Assembly: GCA_965208575.1 (NCBI GenBank) | Contig: CBDBOV010000006.1 | Span: 992,001-1,056,000 of the forward strand | Length of the DNA stretch: 64,000 nucleotides | Source: Spirochaetia bacterium | Lineage (GTDB): Bacteria; Spirochaetota; Spirochaetia; SZUA-6; Bin103 | Direction: 5' to 3' | Shown here: piece by piece, positions 29,584 through 39,461 of the stretch | Numbering within the stretch: position 1 is the stretch's first letter | How the letters are laid out: every line of letters begins with the position of its first letter | Notes under the pieces: model-generated | Told to the model about the DNA's origin: nothing | Databases searched by the model: none | The model's input: only the letters and a program-made list of their open reading frames with translations | Made by a program: the position numbers and the translations under genes

Positions 29584-30453
29584 ATGATCTCTGCAAGCTC
29601 ACCGCCGCGCCTGCTCGCGGTGGACCTCGACGGTACCCTGTTGAACCCGGACAGTGAAATCGGCGCCGCCGACGCGGCGGCCCTGCGGCGCGCCGCGGAT
29701 GGCGGCATGGTGGTGCTGATCGCGACCGGACGCGGCCACCACAGCGTCATGCGGTTGCGGGGGGTGCTGAAGGAGCTGGCGGTGCCGGCCTACCTGGCCC
29801 TGCACAACGGCGCGCTGGTACTGGATCCGTCCGGCGCCGAGCTGTGGCGCAGCGCGATGGGCACCGAGGCGGTCGCCGCCGCGCTGCCGCTGGTGCGGGG
29901 GGCGGGGCTGCATCCGATGCTGTACGTGGGCGTGGCCGGCGGCCGCGGTCCCGACGTGACGCTGGTGCTGGAGGAAGCCGCCCGCCGCTCGCCGCTCGCG
30001 CAGTTCTACCTGCGCACCAAGGAGCGCATCCTGGAAGTGGTGGACGACGTGGCGGCAGCGGCGCACCGCGGCGTCCTGGGCATCGTGAGCTTCGGCACGC
30101 GCGCCGGGGTGGTGGCGGGCGCCGCGGCCCTGGCGCACCTGGACGGGCGCATGGTGAGCTGGTGGGGGCCGTTCCCGTCCGCCGACGCGCTGGAGGCGGT
30201 GGCGCCCGACGGCACCAAGGGGCGCGCCGTACAGCGGCTGACCGAGCGGCTCGGGCTGGCCCCGCGCGATGTGCTGGCAATCGGCGACAACTCCAATGAC
30301 CTCGACATGCTGCGCTACGCGGGTACCGCCGTAGCCATGGGCAACGCCACGCCCGAGGTGCGCGCCGCCGCCCACTTCGTCACCGCCGGCAACACCGATG
30401 CGGGCGTCGCCGCGGCCCTGGAACGCGTCAATGGGGCGCGCGCGGACGGGTAG
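29584..30453 (+). CDS. Cof-type HAD hydrolase
   Basis: DLDGTLL, ATGR, KG, GDNSND..M. Confidence 0.92.
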   Translation: MISASSPPRLLAVDLDGTLLNPDSEIGAADAAALRRAADGGMVVLIATGRGHHSVMRLRGVLKELAVPAYLALHNGALVLDPSGAELWRSAMGTEAVAAALPLVRGAGLHPMLYVGVAGGRGPDVTLVLEEAARRSPLAQFYLRTKERILEVVDDVAAAAHRGVLGIVSFGTRAGVVAGAAALAHLDGRMVSWWGPFPSADALEAVAPDGTKGRAVQRLTERLGLAPRDVLAIGDNSNDLDMLRYAGTAVAMGNATPEVRAAAHFVTAGNTDAGVAAALERVNGARADG

Positions 30454-30544
30454 CCGTCCACCGCCGCGCTGATGGCCGGGCCACGGCGGCCACGGCGTCC
30501 GGCTCTTGTTCGGTGGCGGGGAAAACCGCACACTGGCGGCCGAC

Positions 30545-30994
30545 ATGCTGACCTTCCCGCTGATTCATCCCGACATGCTGCGCGTGCTCGGGCGCGCCGG
30601 ACACGGCTCGCAGATTCTGATCGCCGACGGCAACTACCCGTTCCGCACCACGCTCGGTCCGAACGCGGAACTGGTGAGCCTCAACCTGTCGCCCGGCGTC
30701 GTGTCCGCCACCGACGTGCTCGCCGCGCTGGTGTCCGCCGTACCGATCGAGGCGGCCGCCGTGATGGCCTACGCCACCGAGGGACCGTACGGCATGGCCG
30801 AGGATCCGCCGATATGGAACGAGTTCCGCGCCATTCTGGCGGCGGGCGGATTCACCGACCCGTTCGAACGGATCGAGCGCTTCGCGTTCTACGATGCGGG
30901 GCGCGGGCGGGACGTGGCGCTGGCGGTCGCCACCGCCGAGCAGCGCATCTACGGCAACGTGCTGCTCACCATCGGCGTCATCAAGCCGGACTAG
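30545..30994 (+). CDS. RbsD/FucU family sugar pyranase/mutarotase
   Basis: GHG..I.IADGNYP, ERFAFY, T.E...YGN..L..GV. Confidence 0.9.
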   Translation: MLTFPLIHPDMLRVLGRAGHGSQILIADGNYPFRTTLGPNAELVSLNLSPGVVSATDVLAALVSAVPIEAAAVMAYATEGPYGMAEDPPIWNEFRAILAAGGFTDPFERIERFAFYDAGRGRDVALAVATAEQRIYGNVLLTIGVIKPD

Positions 30995-31055
30995 ACCGGC
31001 GACGACCCTGGGCCGGCCGGGCCGGAAGCGGCGCCGCAGGCGGCGGTTTCGGGCG

Positions 31056-32084
31056 CTAGCCGCCGATGCGGCGCGCCACGTCGATCGCGAAGTAGGTAAG
31101 AATCATGTCCGCCCCGGCGCGCTTGATCGCGGTCACCGTCTCCATGACCACGGCCGCCTCGTCGAGCCAGCCGTTGGCCGCGGCCGCCTTGATCATCGCG
31201 TACTCGCCGCTCACCTGGTACGCCGCCACCGGCACCATCGACTCCTGCTTGACCGCCGCGATCACGTCCAGGTAGGGCAGCGCCGGCTTCACCATCACCA
31301 TGTCGGCACCCTCGTCGAGGTCGAGCAGCACCTCGCGCAGCGCCTCGCGGCGATTGGCCGGGTCCATCTGGTAGCTCTTCTTGTCGCCGTGCTTGGGAGC
31401 CGAGTCGAGCGCGTCGCGGAACGGCCCGTAGAACGCCGACGCGTACTTGGCGCTGTAGGCCAGGATCCCGGTATCGGTGAAACCGGCGTCGTCGAGCGCG
31501 TCGCGAATGAAGCCCACCCGGCCATCCATCATGTCGGAGGGGGCCACCAGGTCGGCGCCGGCCTCTGCCTGCGACACCGCCATGCCGCACAGGATGTCGA
31601 CGCTGGGATCGTTCAGGATCTCGCCCTCCATCACCAGGCCGTCGTGGCCGTCGCTGGAATAGGGATCCATCGCCACGTCGGTGATCACCAGCAGGTCCGG
31701 CACCGCCTGCTTGAGGTCGGCAACGGTAGACTGCAGCAGGCCGTCGGGGTTGGCGCCCTCGGTGGCGTGCGAGTCCTTGAGCGCCTCGCCGATGACCGGA
31801 AACAGCGCCACCGCCGGGATGCCGAGGGCATGCGCGGTACGCGCCTGGGCGACGATGCGGTCTCGGCTCAGGCGGCTGGCCCCCGGCATCGACGCCACCG
31901 GCTCGCGTACGTCGCGGCCGTCGACCACGAACAGGGGCAGGATCAGGTCGGCGGGGGTAAGGTACGTCTCCCGCACCAATGCCCGCAACGCCGCCGTACG
32001 CCGGTTGCGCCGCGGCCTGACCGGCAGATCGAGTTGACCGCCGGGCCCCGCCGGCGCACCGTTCTCCGAACCGTTCCCCGCCAT
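31056..32084 (-). CDS. hemB: Porphobilinogen synthase, Asp-rich (zinc-independent type)
   Basis: RPRRNR, TDVAMDPYSSDGHDG (no Cys ligands), PSDMMDGR, FYGPFRDA, MVKP, YQVSGEY. Confidence 0.95.
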   Translation of the reverse strand: MAGNGSENGAPAGPGGQLDLPVRPRRNRRTAALRALVRETYLTPADLILPLFVVDGRDVREPVASMPGASRLSRDRIVAQARTAHALGIPAVALFPVIGEALKDSHATEGANPDGLLQSTVADLKQAVPDLLVITDVAMDPYSSDGHDGLVMEGEILNDPSVDILCGMAVSQAEAGADLVAPSDMMDGRVGFIRDALDDAGFTDTGILAYSAKYASAFYGPFRDALDSAPKHGDKKSYQMDPANRREALREVLLDLDEGADMVMVKPALPYLDVIAAVKQESMVPVAAYQVSGEYAMIKAAAANGWLDEAAVVMETVTAIKRAGADMILTYFAIDVARRIGG

Positions 32085-32555
32085 TTCACCGGCATTGTAG
32101 CGACGCCTGCCGCGCCCCCGCAACCCGACCCGACGGCCGGAACCATGCCCGACCGCGAACCGTTCAAACCGGTGGCGATTCAGTGCAGCGGGCACGTCGA
32201 GCAATACACCCGCATCGCGCGAGGCCTTGGCCCACTCCAGCAGCAAGTCGAATTGCCACTGTTCCTGGAGGCCGCCAAACCACTGCATCCCGTCGGACGA
32301 AATGACACAGATGACATTGGCCAGGTCGCACGGGCCGAGGCATCCGGAAATCGTCAGTTGCACCGACTTGTTGAGTTTCTCGTCCTTCCACTGCTGCTTG
32401 ATCCAGTCGCGCGGCACCGGCTTGAACCCCTTGTCCGTGCGACCGCAGCAACAGCCTTCGCACACCTCGATCTGGCCAAGAATGCGGCCGCGGGCCGTCG
32501 CCAACGGTTCGCCGGCGCCGAGCGCTGCGCGGATGCGCTCGGTCTGAGCATTCAT
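32085..32555 (-). CDS. Cys-rich thioredoxin-like (2Fe-2S) ferredoxin domain; no stop codon, reads in frame into hemB
   Basis: VCEGCCCG..CLGPCDLANV; ORF 31056..32555 is continuous. Confidence 0.75.
32094..32123 (-). promoter_or_regulatory. Internal sigma70-type promoter for hemB
   Basis: TTGCGG-18 nt-TACAAT, 9 nt before hemB ATG. Confidence 0.55.
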
Positions 32556-32613
32556 GGGCGTGCCTTGCTTGCGAACGCAACGGCTCGACCCACCCTGCCG
32601 TTGCGCTCATGCG

Positions 32614-33660
32614 TCACTTGCTGCTCACGCGCCAAACCGTCGCACCACCCTGGGCGTCGAGCGCGGCCAGCGCGCGTCCATCCGGTCGCCAGTACAAGGC
32701 GCCGACCACGTCGGCTACGGGCGCAACTCCTATCGGACCGCCTTGTCCATCGCGCCGGAGTGACCATACAACTACGCCGCGGTCCCGAGCTCCCGAGGCC
32801 AGGCGCATCCCGCGGCGAGCGAAGGCGAGCGCGGTAACAGGTGCAACATGAAATTCCAGGACGCCGGGCCGGGTGCCTTCGGGACCATTTCCCTGGAAGC
32901 TCCAGACCGTCACCGCCTCGCCGCCGCTGGTGGCCAACAGCGTGCCGGTGTCATCGAAGGCCAAGGCCGACGGCTTGCCACGATATCCTGACATCATCGA
33001 GTCCTTCTCCGTGGAGCGTCGCCAAAAGTGCACCGAGTTGTCCTGGCTGCCGCAGGCCACGATATCCCCGTCCGGGCTCAGTTCCAACGACACCAGGGAG
33101 CCCGTCCACTCCAGCTTCTGGCGAAGCTCCCCGGTGGACGCGGCGAAGAACGTCACCCGACCGTAACAGGCCGTCGCCAGCTCCTCTGTGCTGGACCACG
33201 CGATCGCGCTGACGGTACTGGGATGAGCATGCGACTGCCAGATTTTCGCCCCATCCGCGCCATACGCGTGCACCTGCCGGGAGCAGGAGGCTGCCAACCA
33301 CTGTCCGTCCGGCGACCACGCCACGTGCTCCACCCAACCGCTGCCGACGTCGATAGACTCGCTGACCCGACCTTCGGCGGCACTCCAGACCAGGACTCGG
33401 CCGTCCTGGCCGGCCGTAGCGAACGTGGGACGGTTCGGATGGATCGCCAGCGCGAGCACCCCGCCTTCATGGACTCCGCGTTGCGCCCAGACGGTGGCGC
33501 CGGATATGCGGTCGAACGCGTAGACACCACCGGCGGCATCTCCGACCACCAGCGCCTCACCGCCTGGGGTCCACCCGCCGGCGATGGCGTAGTCACCGAC
33601 CTGCGCGGACCAGCCGGGGCGTAGCACGCCCCGCGGACGGCCCTCATTCAGATAAGGCAT
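32614..33660 (-). CDS. WD40 repeat protein (COG0523-associated)
   Basis: Repeated WSPDG, TAGQDG, GSQD..VHFW, ASGARD..VVVW blades. Confidence 0.88.
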   Translation of the reverse strand: MPYLNEGRPRGVLRPGWSAQVGDYAIAGGWTPGGEALVVGDAAGGVYAFDRISGATVWAQRGVHEGGVLALAIHPNRPTFATAGQDGRVLVWSAAEGRVSESIDVGSGWVEHVAWSPDGQWLAASCSRQVHAYGADGAKIWQSHAHPSTVSAIAWSSTEELATACYGRVTFFAASTGELRQKLEWTGSLVSLELSPDGDIVACGSQDNSVHFWRRSTEKDSMMSGYRGKPSALAFDDTGTLLATSGGEAVTVWSFQGNGPEGTRPGVLEFHVAPVTALAFARRGMRLASGARDRGVVVWSLRRDGQGGPIGVAPVADVVGALYWRPDGRALAALDAQGGATVWRVSSK

Positions 33661-35069
33661 GCCTCGAAGCTCTGCCGCATGTACTGCTCGTCGAGGTTGC
33701 GGCCGATGAACACGAGCTGATTGCGGCGGGGCGCGTCTCCCCAAGGGCGATCCGGCTGTCCGTCGAAGAGCATGTGAACCCCCTGAAAGACGAAACGGCG
33801 CGACTCACCTGCGAGGCTGATGAAACCCTTCATTCGGAAGATGTCCACCCCGCGTTCGCGGAGCAGTTCGCCAAGCCACGCGTCGAGCCTGCCGGGGTGG
33901 ACGTCGCCATCGCTCTCGATTGCAATCGATCCCACCTCGTCGTCATGCTCGTGCTGTGCGACCCAGGTTCGCTCGACCTCGACGGGAACCGCGCCCGCAA
34001 TGCGCGAGGCGCCGGTCTCCGTGGCGGGCGCCGGCTTGGAGCGCGGACTGTGTTCCGGTCTGATTGTCGCTCCATTCGCGCTGGTCAGTTGCAGATCGAA
34101 CTCCTCCGCCGTGTGCTCGGTGTAGAAACCGACCCGCACCTGCCGATCGACCTCCAGGAAGAACGACTTGCGCCCCGCGGAATCGAGCTGGAGGTTCAGG
34201 TGCTTTCCGACAGGAATCTCGTCCCCCGGGCGAACGAGATCCGCAGGTTCGGCGTACCGACGCACGCACCACTCCGCGCCCTCGCGAAGTGCGGAGTCAT
34301 CCGTGCCCTGGTCGGGAACGATGACAAGAGACATCGCCGGATCAGGGCCATCGTCGAGGCTGAGTTCGTAGCGCCCGCTGTCGAGCGAATAGACTCCAGT
34401 CCATTCGAACGGGTATTCCGGCTCAAGGAACGTGGGCCGCCGCTCGAGCACCTGGTCCAGGTCGAAGGCGCCGAGGTTGAGCACCGTATCGACGGAGACG
34501 TCCGCCCGCTCGCTGCGGATGACACGCGCCATCCGGTTCATGTCACGGAGCCGCGCCTCGAGCCGGTCGAGCGTGTCGCCGTCGACGAGATCCGTCTTGT
34601 TGAGCACGAGGATGTCCGCGAACGCGACCTGCTCCGTGCTCTCGTCGCTGCGGCCGAGCTGCTGCTCGATGTGGGCCGCGTCGACGAGCGTGACGATCCC
34701 GTCGAGCGCGAACTCCGCGCGAATCTCGTCGTCCATGAAGAAGGTTTGAGCGACCGGACCGGGATCGGCGAGGCCCGTGGTCTCCACCAGCACGTAGTCG
34801 AACTTGTCCCGGCGCTTCATGAGGTTGCCGAGCACGCGAATCAGGTCCCCGCGCACCGTGCAGCAGATGCAGCCGTTCGACATCTCGAAGATCTCCTCGT
34901 CAGCATTGATGACGAGTGCCTGGTCGATGCCGACCTCCCCGAATTCGTTTTCGATCACGGCGATGCGTTTGCCGTGTTCCTCACTCAAGATCCGGTTCAG
35001 CAGGGTCGTCTTGCCGGAGCCGAGGAAGCCGGTAAGGATCGTGACAGGTATGTTTCGGGACGCGTTCAT
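33648..35069 (-). CDS. COG0523/CobW-family GTP-dependent metallochaperone with large internal insertion
   Basis: GFLGSGKTT, ENEFG, GCICC, ETTG, NKTD, CobW_C FRMKG..FQGVH..VFIGR. Confidence 0.93.
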   Translation of the reverse strand: MNASRNIPVTILTGFLGSGKTTLLNRILSEEHGKRIAVIENEFGEVGIDQALVINADEEIFEMSNGCICCTVRGDLIRVLGNLMKRRDKFDYVLVETTGLADPGPVAQTFFMDDEIRAEFALDGIVTLVDAAHIEQQLGRSDESTEQVAFADILVLNKTDLVDGDTLDRLEARLRDMNRMARVIRSERADVSVDTVLNLGAFDLDQVLERRPTFLEPEYPFEWTGVYSLDSGRYELSLDDGPDPAMSLVIVPDQGTDDSALREGAEWCVRRYAEPADLVRPGDEIPVGKHLNLQLDSAGRKSFFLEVDRQVRVGFYTEHTAEEFDLQLTSANGATIRPEHSPRSKPAPATETGASRIAGAVPVEVERTWVAQHEHDDEVGSIAIESDGDVHPGRLDAWLGELLRERGVDIFRMKGFISLAGESRRFVFQGVHMLFDGQPDRPWGDAPRRNQLVFIGRNLDEQYMRQSFEACLI

Positions 35070-35170
35070 CTATTCCTCCTGGAGTAGCGGTGTAAACACC
35101 GGAATCTCGGCGTCGAGTCCGCACGCCGTACGACGAACGGATACGCCAACGGTGCCAAATATCAGGTCGG

Positions 35171-35248
35171 TCATCGGGCGCGCAGGCCGAGCCCCGCGGC
35201 CGCGGCGCCGACGACGACAATGCCGAGTGACCGGGCTCCTTTCGTCAT
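35171..35248 (-). pseudogene. Stub of an FAD-dependent oxidoreductase (MTKGARSLGIVVVGAAAAGLG...)
   Basis: Rossmann beta-strand plus GxGxxG-like motif, then stop after 25 codons. Confidence 0.4.
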
Positions 35249-35252
35249 CCGC

Positions 35253-35426
35253 TCACCTGAACCGTTTCGCGTCGGCTTCGTTCGGTGGCGGGTAGCGCAC
35301 GTCGACGCGAGGCGCGGGCGGCGTGTCGCCGGGGCCGTGGAACGAGATCGCGAGCGGCGGTGCGAGCGGCTTGAGCGTGGCGACGAGGCGGTCGTTGAGG
35401 ACTCTCCCGTCCTGGGTGTCTTTCAT
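35253..35426 (-). pseudogene. N-terminal stub resembling DUF169 proteins
   Basis: LNDRLVATLKPLAPPLAISF..PPPNE; starts 3 nt after znuA stop; truncated at 57 aa. Confidence 0.45.
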
Positions 35427-35429
35427 GAC

Positions 35430-36665
35430 CTATGAGCCAAGTGCGGCCACGATCCGTTCCACGTTGGTGCGCATGAAGCGGTCGTAGGTGTCCGCGGGTC
35501 CGCCGGCTTCGCTCAGCGACCCGGTGTAGATCGGCACGACGGCGATTCCCAGGTCGGAGGCAATCGACTCCGCCACCTGCGGATTCACCGTGGTGCCGAC
35601 GAAGATCGCCGGGACCGCGCACTCTGCGAGCAGTTCGCGCAACTCCGCGAGATGGCGTGCCGACGGCTCGGCCACGGTACTGAAACCCGGCACGACCGAG
35701 TCCAGCAGCTCGAAGCCGTAGCGTTGTGCGAAGTACCCCATCACGTCGTGGTCGGTGACGATCACCCGGTGGTGGCGCGGTACGACCGCTACCTGGTCCT
35801 TGATCCACGCGTCGAGCGTGTCCAGCTCTGCCGCAAGCTCATCCGCGCGGGCGGCATAGTCGGCCTCGTGCGCGGGGTCGATCCCGGCCAGCACTTCGGC
35901 AATCTCGTCGGCCCAGCGGGCAACCAGCGTCGGGTCCATCCACACGTGCGGGTCGAACTCGCCGTGGTGGTGGGCATGCCCCTCGTGCTCGTCCTCGTGT
36001 TCGTCGTGCTCGTCGTGCTCATCCTCGTCGTGGTCGTGCTCATCCTCGTCGTGGTCGTGCTCATCCTCGTCGTGGTCGTGCTCATCCTCGTCGTGGTCGT
36101 GCTCATCCTCGTCGTCGTCGTGCTCGTCCTCGTCGTGGTCGTGTTCATCCTCGTCGTGGTCGTGCTCATCCTCGTCGTGGTCGTGCTCGTCCTCGTCGTG
36201 GTCGTGCTCGTCCTCGTCGTGGTCGTGCTCATCCTCATCGTGATCGTCGTGTTCGTCGTGTTCCTCACCCAGGCGGATGAGTGGCAAGTGGGCGGTCAAG
36301 TCGACCACCATGCGGGGCTCCGCGCTGCTGATCAGGTCGCCGAGGAACTCGGCCTCCAGACCTGCGCCGTTGGTGAACAACACCGCGGCGTCGGCGAGCA
36401 GGTGCGCATCCCGCGGAGTCGGTTGGAACGTATGCGGGTCGGCCCCCGGCGGCATGAGCACGGAGAGCGAGATCAGGTCGCCGCCGACACGGCCAACGAT
36501 GTCGCCGACGATGTTGGTGGTGGCGACCACCAGGACCCGGTCACCCGCCGGGTGTTCCCCCGCCGGCGAGGCGAACAGCACCGGCACGGCGGCCAGCGCG
36601 AGCAGTACGGCGCCGATCGAAGTGGCCAACGTGCGACCAATTGAAAGCTTCGGAGATGGATACAT
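35430..36665 (-). CDS. Cluster A-I metal ABC substrate-binding protein (ZnuA/AdcA-like) with very long His/Asp/Glu loop
   Basis: DPHTFQP, NGAGLE, DPHVWMDP, TDHD..GYFA.RYG, EPSA, YTGSL. Confidence 0.92.
   Translation of the reverse strand: MYPSPKLSIGRTLATSIGAVLLALAAVPVLFASPAGEHPAGDRVLVVATTNIVGDIVGRVGGDLISLSVLMPPGADPHTFQPTPRDAHLLADAAVLFTNGAGLEAEFLGDLISSAEPRMVVDLTAHLPLIRLGEEHDEHDDHDEDEHDHDEDEHDHDEDEHDHDEDEHDHDEDEHDHDEDEHDDDEDEHDHDEDEHDHDEDEHDHDEDEHDHDEDEHDEHDEHEDEHEGHAHHHGEFDPHVWMDPTLVARWADEIAEVLAGIDPAHEADYAARADELAAELDTLDAWIKDQVAVVPRHHRVIVTDHDVMGYFAQRYGFELLDSVVPGFSTVAEPSARHLAELRELLAECAVPAIFVGTTVNPQVAESIASDLGIAVVPIYTGSLSEAGGPADTYDRFMRTNVERIVAALGS
36013..36243 (-). repeat. 21-nt tandem repeat (about 11 copies) encoding HDEDEHD
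   Basis: tcgtcgtggtcgtgctcatcc units on + strand. Confidence 0.95.
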
Positions 36666-36680
36666 GGCGTGAATATATTG

Positions 36681-36704
36681 CTATTGAGAGCGCGTTATCA
36701 ATAG
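36681..36704. promoter_or_regulatory. Zur/Fur-like palindrome adjacent to the znuA -10 box
   Basis: CTATTGA-gagcgcgtta-TCAATAG next to -10 TATATT (36672-36677, minus strand). Confidence 0.6.
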
Positions 36705-36882
36705 TCCTGGCGCGTTGGCACCAGGTCGTTCAGGACTTGTCCGATCCGTCGCTCATCCGGCTACCGCCCGACCGCCACGACCGCCATGGAGTCGTTGCCG
36801 AGCTGTCGGCGCGGAGATATGATGCGACCACTGGCAACTGGAGATGGGAGTGGGGACTCGCGCTCGTCCATATAGACCTGCC

Positions 36883-37699
36883 CATGGGGTGCGCCGAGGT
36901 GGCTGAAGCGCTGCCGCTGGTGGCACAGCCGGACCTGGCCGGCCAGGTGAACGCCGTGGAGCGGGATGGGTACGTGTACCTGCCGGCGGTGCTCGACGCG
37001 GGGCAGACCGCCGAGTTGCGGGCGCACATGGACCGCCTGCAGCCGAACCCGGAGAGCTTCGACCGCGGCCTCGAGCCGGAGCGCGACGGGTTCATCAACC
37101 GGCATATCAACAACGCCTTCAACCGCGACCCCTACTTCGTCCGCTTCCTCGACCATCCGGGCGTGATCGAGATCGCCGAAGCGCTGCACGGCACCGGCTG
37201 CCACGTGATCGGCATGACCTCCTGGCAGACCGGACCGGGGCGGCCCGACCAAGCCCTGCACGCGGACTGGCAGCCGCTGGAGCTGCCGGAGGACGTGATG
37301 GCCGACCCGCGGGTGCGCATCCCGGTGTACATCTCCACCGCGCACTTCTACCTGGACGACATGACCGAGGAGCTGGGGCCGACCCGCTTCGTGCCGGGCA
37401 GCCACCGCGCGGGGCGGGCGCCCAACGGCGACACCGCCTGGCACGGCCGCGAGGAGCGGAGCATCCTGTGCAGCGCCGGCGACGTGGTGATGTTCCGCAG
37501 CGAGGTGTGGCACCGCGGCACCGCCAACCGCAGCGACCGGGTGCGCTACCTGCTGCAGGTGCACTACGCGCAGCGCTGGATCGCGCAGCGCTTCCCGCCC
37601 TACCTGCACCGGTTCCGGTTCGATCCCGGCATCGTGGCCATGGCCAGCGACCGCCAGCGCCGGCTGATGGGGGACCACCCCCCGGGGAGTTACGATTGA
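36883..37699 (+). CDS. PhyH family Fe/2OG dioxygenase
   Basis: LHADW, YLDD.TEELGPT..VPGSH, WHRG; start uncertain. Confidence 0.88.
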
Positions 37700-38580
37700 G
37701 TTTCACCCTGAGCGTCGTCACCGACGAGATAGCGCAGGATCCGGCGGCGGCGATCGCGGCGGCGCGCGCGATGGGGTTTTCGCACCTGGAGTTCAACCAG
37801 GTCGGAGGGCGGGGCGTGCACGAGCTGTCCGACGACGCCGTCGCCGAGCTGGGGCGGATGGCCGCCGGCGCGGGCATGCGGGTGATCGCGGTGGATCCGC
37901 CGTCGTTCAAGACGGTGGTGCTGGACGAGGTGCCGACCGCCGAGGTGCCGCGCCACCCGGTGGTAATGGAGCACCTGGAGCAGGTCCGGCGCGCCTGCCG
38001 GACGGCGCGGGCCCTCGGGGCCGGCATCGTGCGCCTGTTCTCGTTTCGGCGCAGCTCCATGGTCGGCCTCGGCAACCCGTCGCCGCGCGAACCGTTGGGC
38101 GGTCCGATCCCCGATCACCTGCTGCCCAAGATCGTAGCCGGGCTGCGCGCCGCCACGGCGATCGCCGACGAGTACGAGGTGACCCTGGGCCTGGAGAACG
38201 TGCGCTCCTGCTGGGGCAATACCGGGCACAACGCGGCGCGCATCCTGGCGGCGGTCGACCACCCGCGGCTGCGCGCCATCTGGGACCCCGGCAACGACTA
38301 CGTTTCCGGCGGCGTGCCCTACCCCGACGGCTACCGGGCCGTGCTGCCGTACATCGTGCACGTGCACGTGAAGGACGCGGCGGTAGTGGACGCCGCTACC
38401 GGCCTCACCCGCTGGGCCTGCATCGGCACCGGCGCGGTGGACTACGCCGGCCAGATCGCCGCCCTGCGCCGCAACCGCTACCGCGGCGCACTCAGCGTCG
38501 AGACCCACTGGCGCAAGCCCGGCGACACCGGCCCCGAGTCCACCCGCGAAACCCTCGCCGGCCTGCGCCGCTTCCTGTGA
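37696..38580 (+). CDS. Sugar phosphate isomerase/epimerase (AP_endonuc_2 TIM barrel)
   Basis: VTDEI, LENV, WDPGN, HVHVKD, SVETH. Confidence 0.88.
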   Translation: MSFTLSVVTDEIAQDPAAAIAAARAMGFSHLEFNQVGGRGVHELSDDAVAELGRMAAGAGMRVIAVDPPSFKTVVLDEVPTAEVPRHPVVMEHLEQVRRACRTARALGAGIVRLFSFRRSSMVGLGNPSPREPLGGPIPDHLLPKIVAGLRAATAIADEYEVTLGLENVRSCWGNTGHNAARILAAVDHPRLRAIWDPGNDYVSGGVPYPDGYRAVLPYIVHVHVKDAAVVDAATGLTRWACIGTGAVDYAGQIAALRRNRYRGALSVETHWRKPGDTGPESTRETLAGLRRFL

Positions 38581-39461
38581 CCATTCCAGCGGTCGCCAAC
38601 CGCGCCGACGCACCACCGGTCGAAGTGCGCAACCTGCGCAAGCGCTACGGGAAGGGAGCATGGGCCAACGATGGCATCTCATTCGCGGCGGTGGGCGGCG
38701 AGATCCTCGGCATCGTCGGCCCCAACGGTGCCGGCAAGACCACGCTGATCCGCCAGATCACTACCGAGTTGCGTCCCACCTCCGGCGAGGTGCGGGTGTT
38801 CGGCATCGACGCGGTGGCGCGCCCGCACGCGGTCAAGCGCCTGATGGGCGTGATGCCGCAGGAGGCGACCCTGTACTGGGGACTGTCGGTGCACCACCAC
38901 CTGCGTATCTTCGCCAAGCTGCGCGGCCTGCGGCGGCGCGACGCCAAGCGCCGTTGCGAGAAGTTGATCGTCGACCTGGGCCTGCAAGAGCACCGCGACA
39001 AGACCACGGAGACCCTGTCGGGCGGCCTGCGGCGACGCGTGTTGCTGGGCATTGCCGCGGTCGCCGACTCGCCCCTGCTCATCCTCGACGAACCGAGCGT
39101 CGGGCTGGATCCGGAGGCTCGCCGCGACCTGTGGGATCTGCTGCGTTCCTACCGGCAACGTGGCAAGACAGTGCTGCTCTCCACCCACTACATGGAGGAA
39201 GCAGAGGCGCTCTGTTCCCGGGTTGGCATCATCCGGAAAGGCTCGCTACGGGTGCTCGATACGGTTGACAACCTGTACGCCGCCTACGGCTACGACTACA
39301 AGATCACCTTCGCCGGCGCAGACGGCGATGAGACGCTCTACGGCAACGACGACCGGCTGCTGGTACGCCAAGTGCATGAGCGGGGCATCGACCAGTACAG
39401 CGTCTCGCGCATCACGCTGGAAGATGTCTATCTCGGTCTGATCGAAGGCGCGGGCGAGTGA
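38577..39461 (+). CDS. ABC-2 type exporter ATP-binding protein
   Basis: GPNGAGKTT, LSGG, ILDEP, STHYMEEAE. Confidence 0.93.
   Translation: MTIPAVANRADAPPVEVRNLRKRYGKGAWANDGISFAAVGGEILGIVGPNGAGKTTLIRQITTELRPTSGEVRVFGIDAVARPHAVKRLMGVMPQEATLYWGLSVHHHLRIFAKLRGLRRRDAKRRCEKLIVDLGLQEHRDKTTETLSGGLRRRVLLGIAAVADSPLLILDEPSVGLDPEARRDLWDLLRSYRQRGKTVLLSTHYMEEAEALCSRVGIIRKGSLRVLDTVDNLYAAYGYDYKITFAGADGDETLYGNDDRLLVRQVHERGIDQYSVSRITLEDVYLGLIEGAGE

Noticed and set aside
33960-34420. Insertion in COG0523 as an intein
   Set aside because: No Cys/Ser start block, no terminal His-Asn, no homing endonuclease motif
36013-36243. Regular repeat array as possible CRISPR
   Set aside because: No spacers; in-frame coding repeat within znuA; no cas genes
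36641-36882. 80-aa N-terminal extension of the PhyH ORF
   Set aside because: Overlaps znuA start and promoter; no recognisable similarity; probably untranslated
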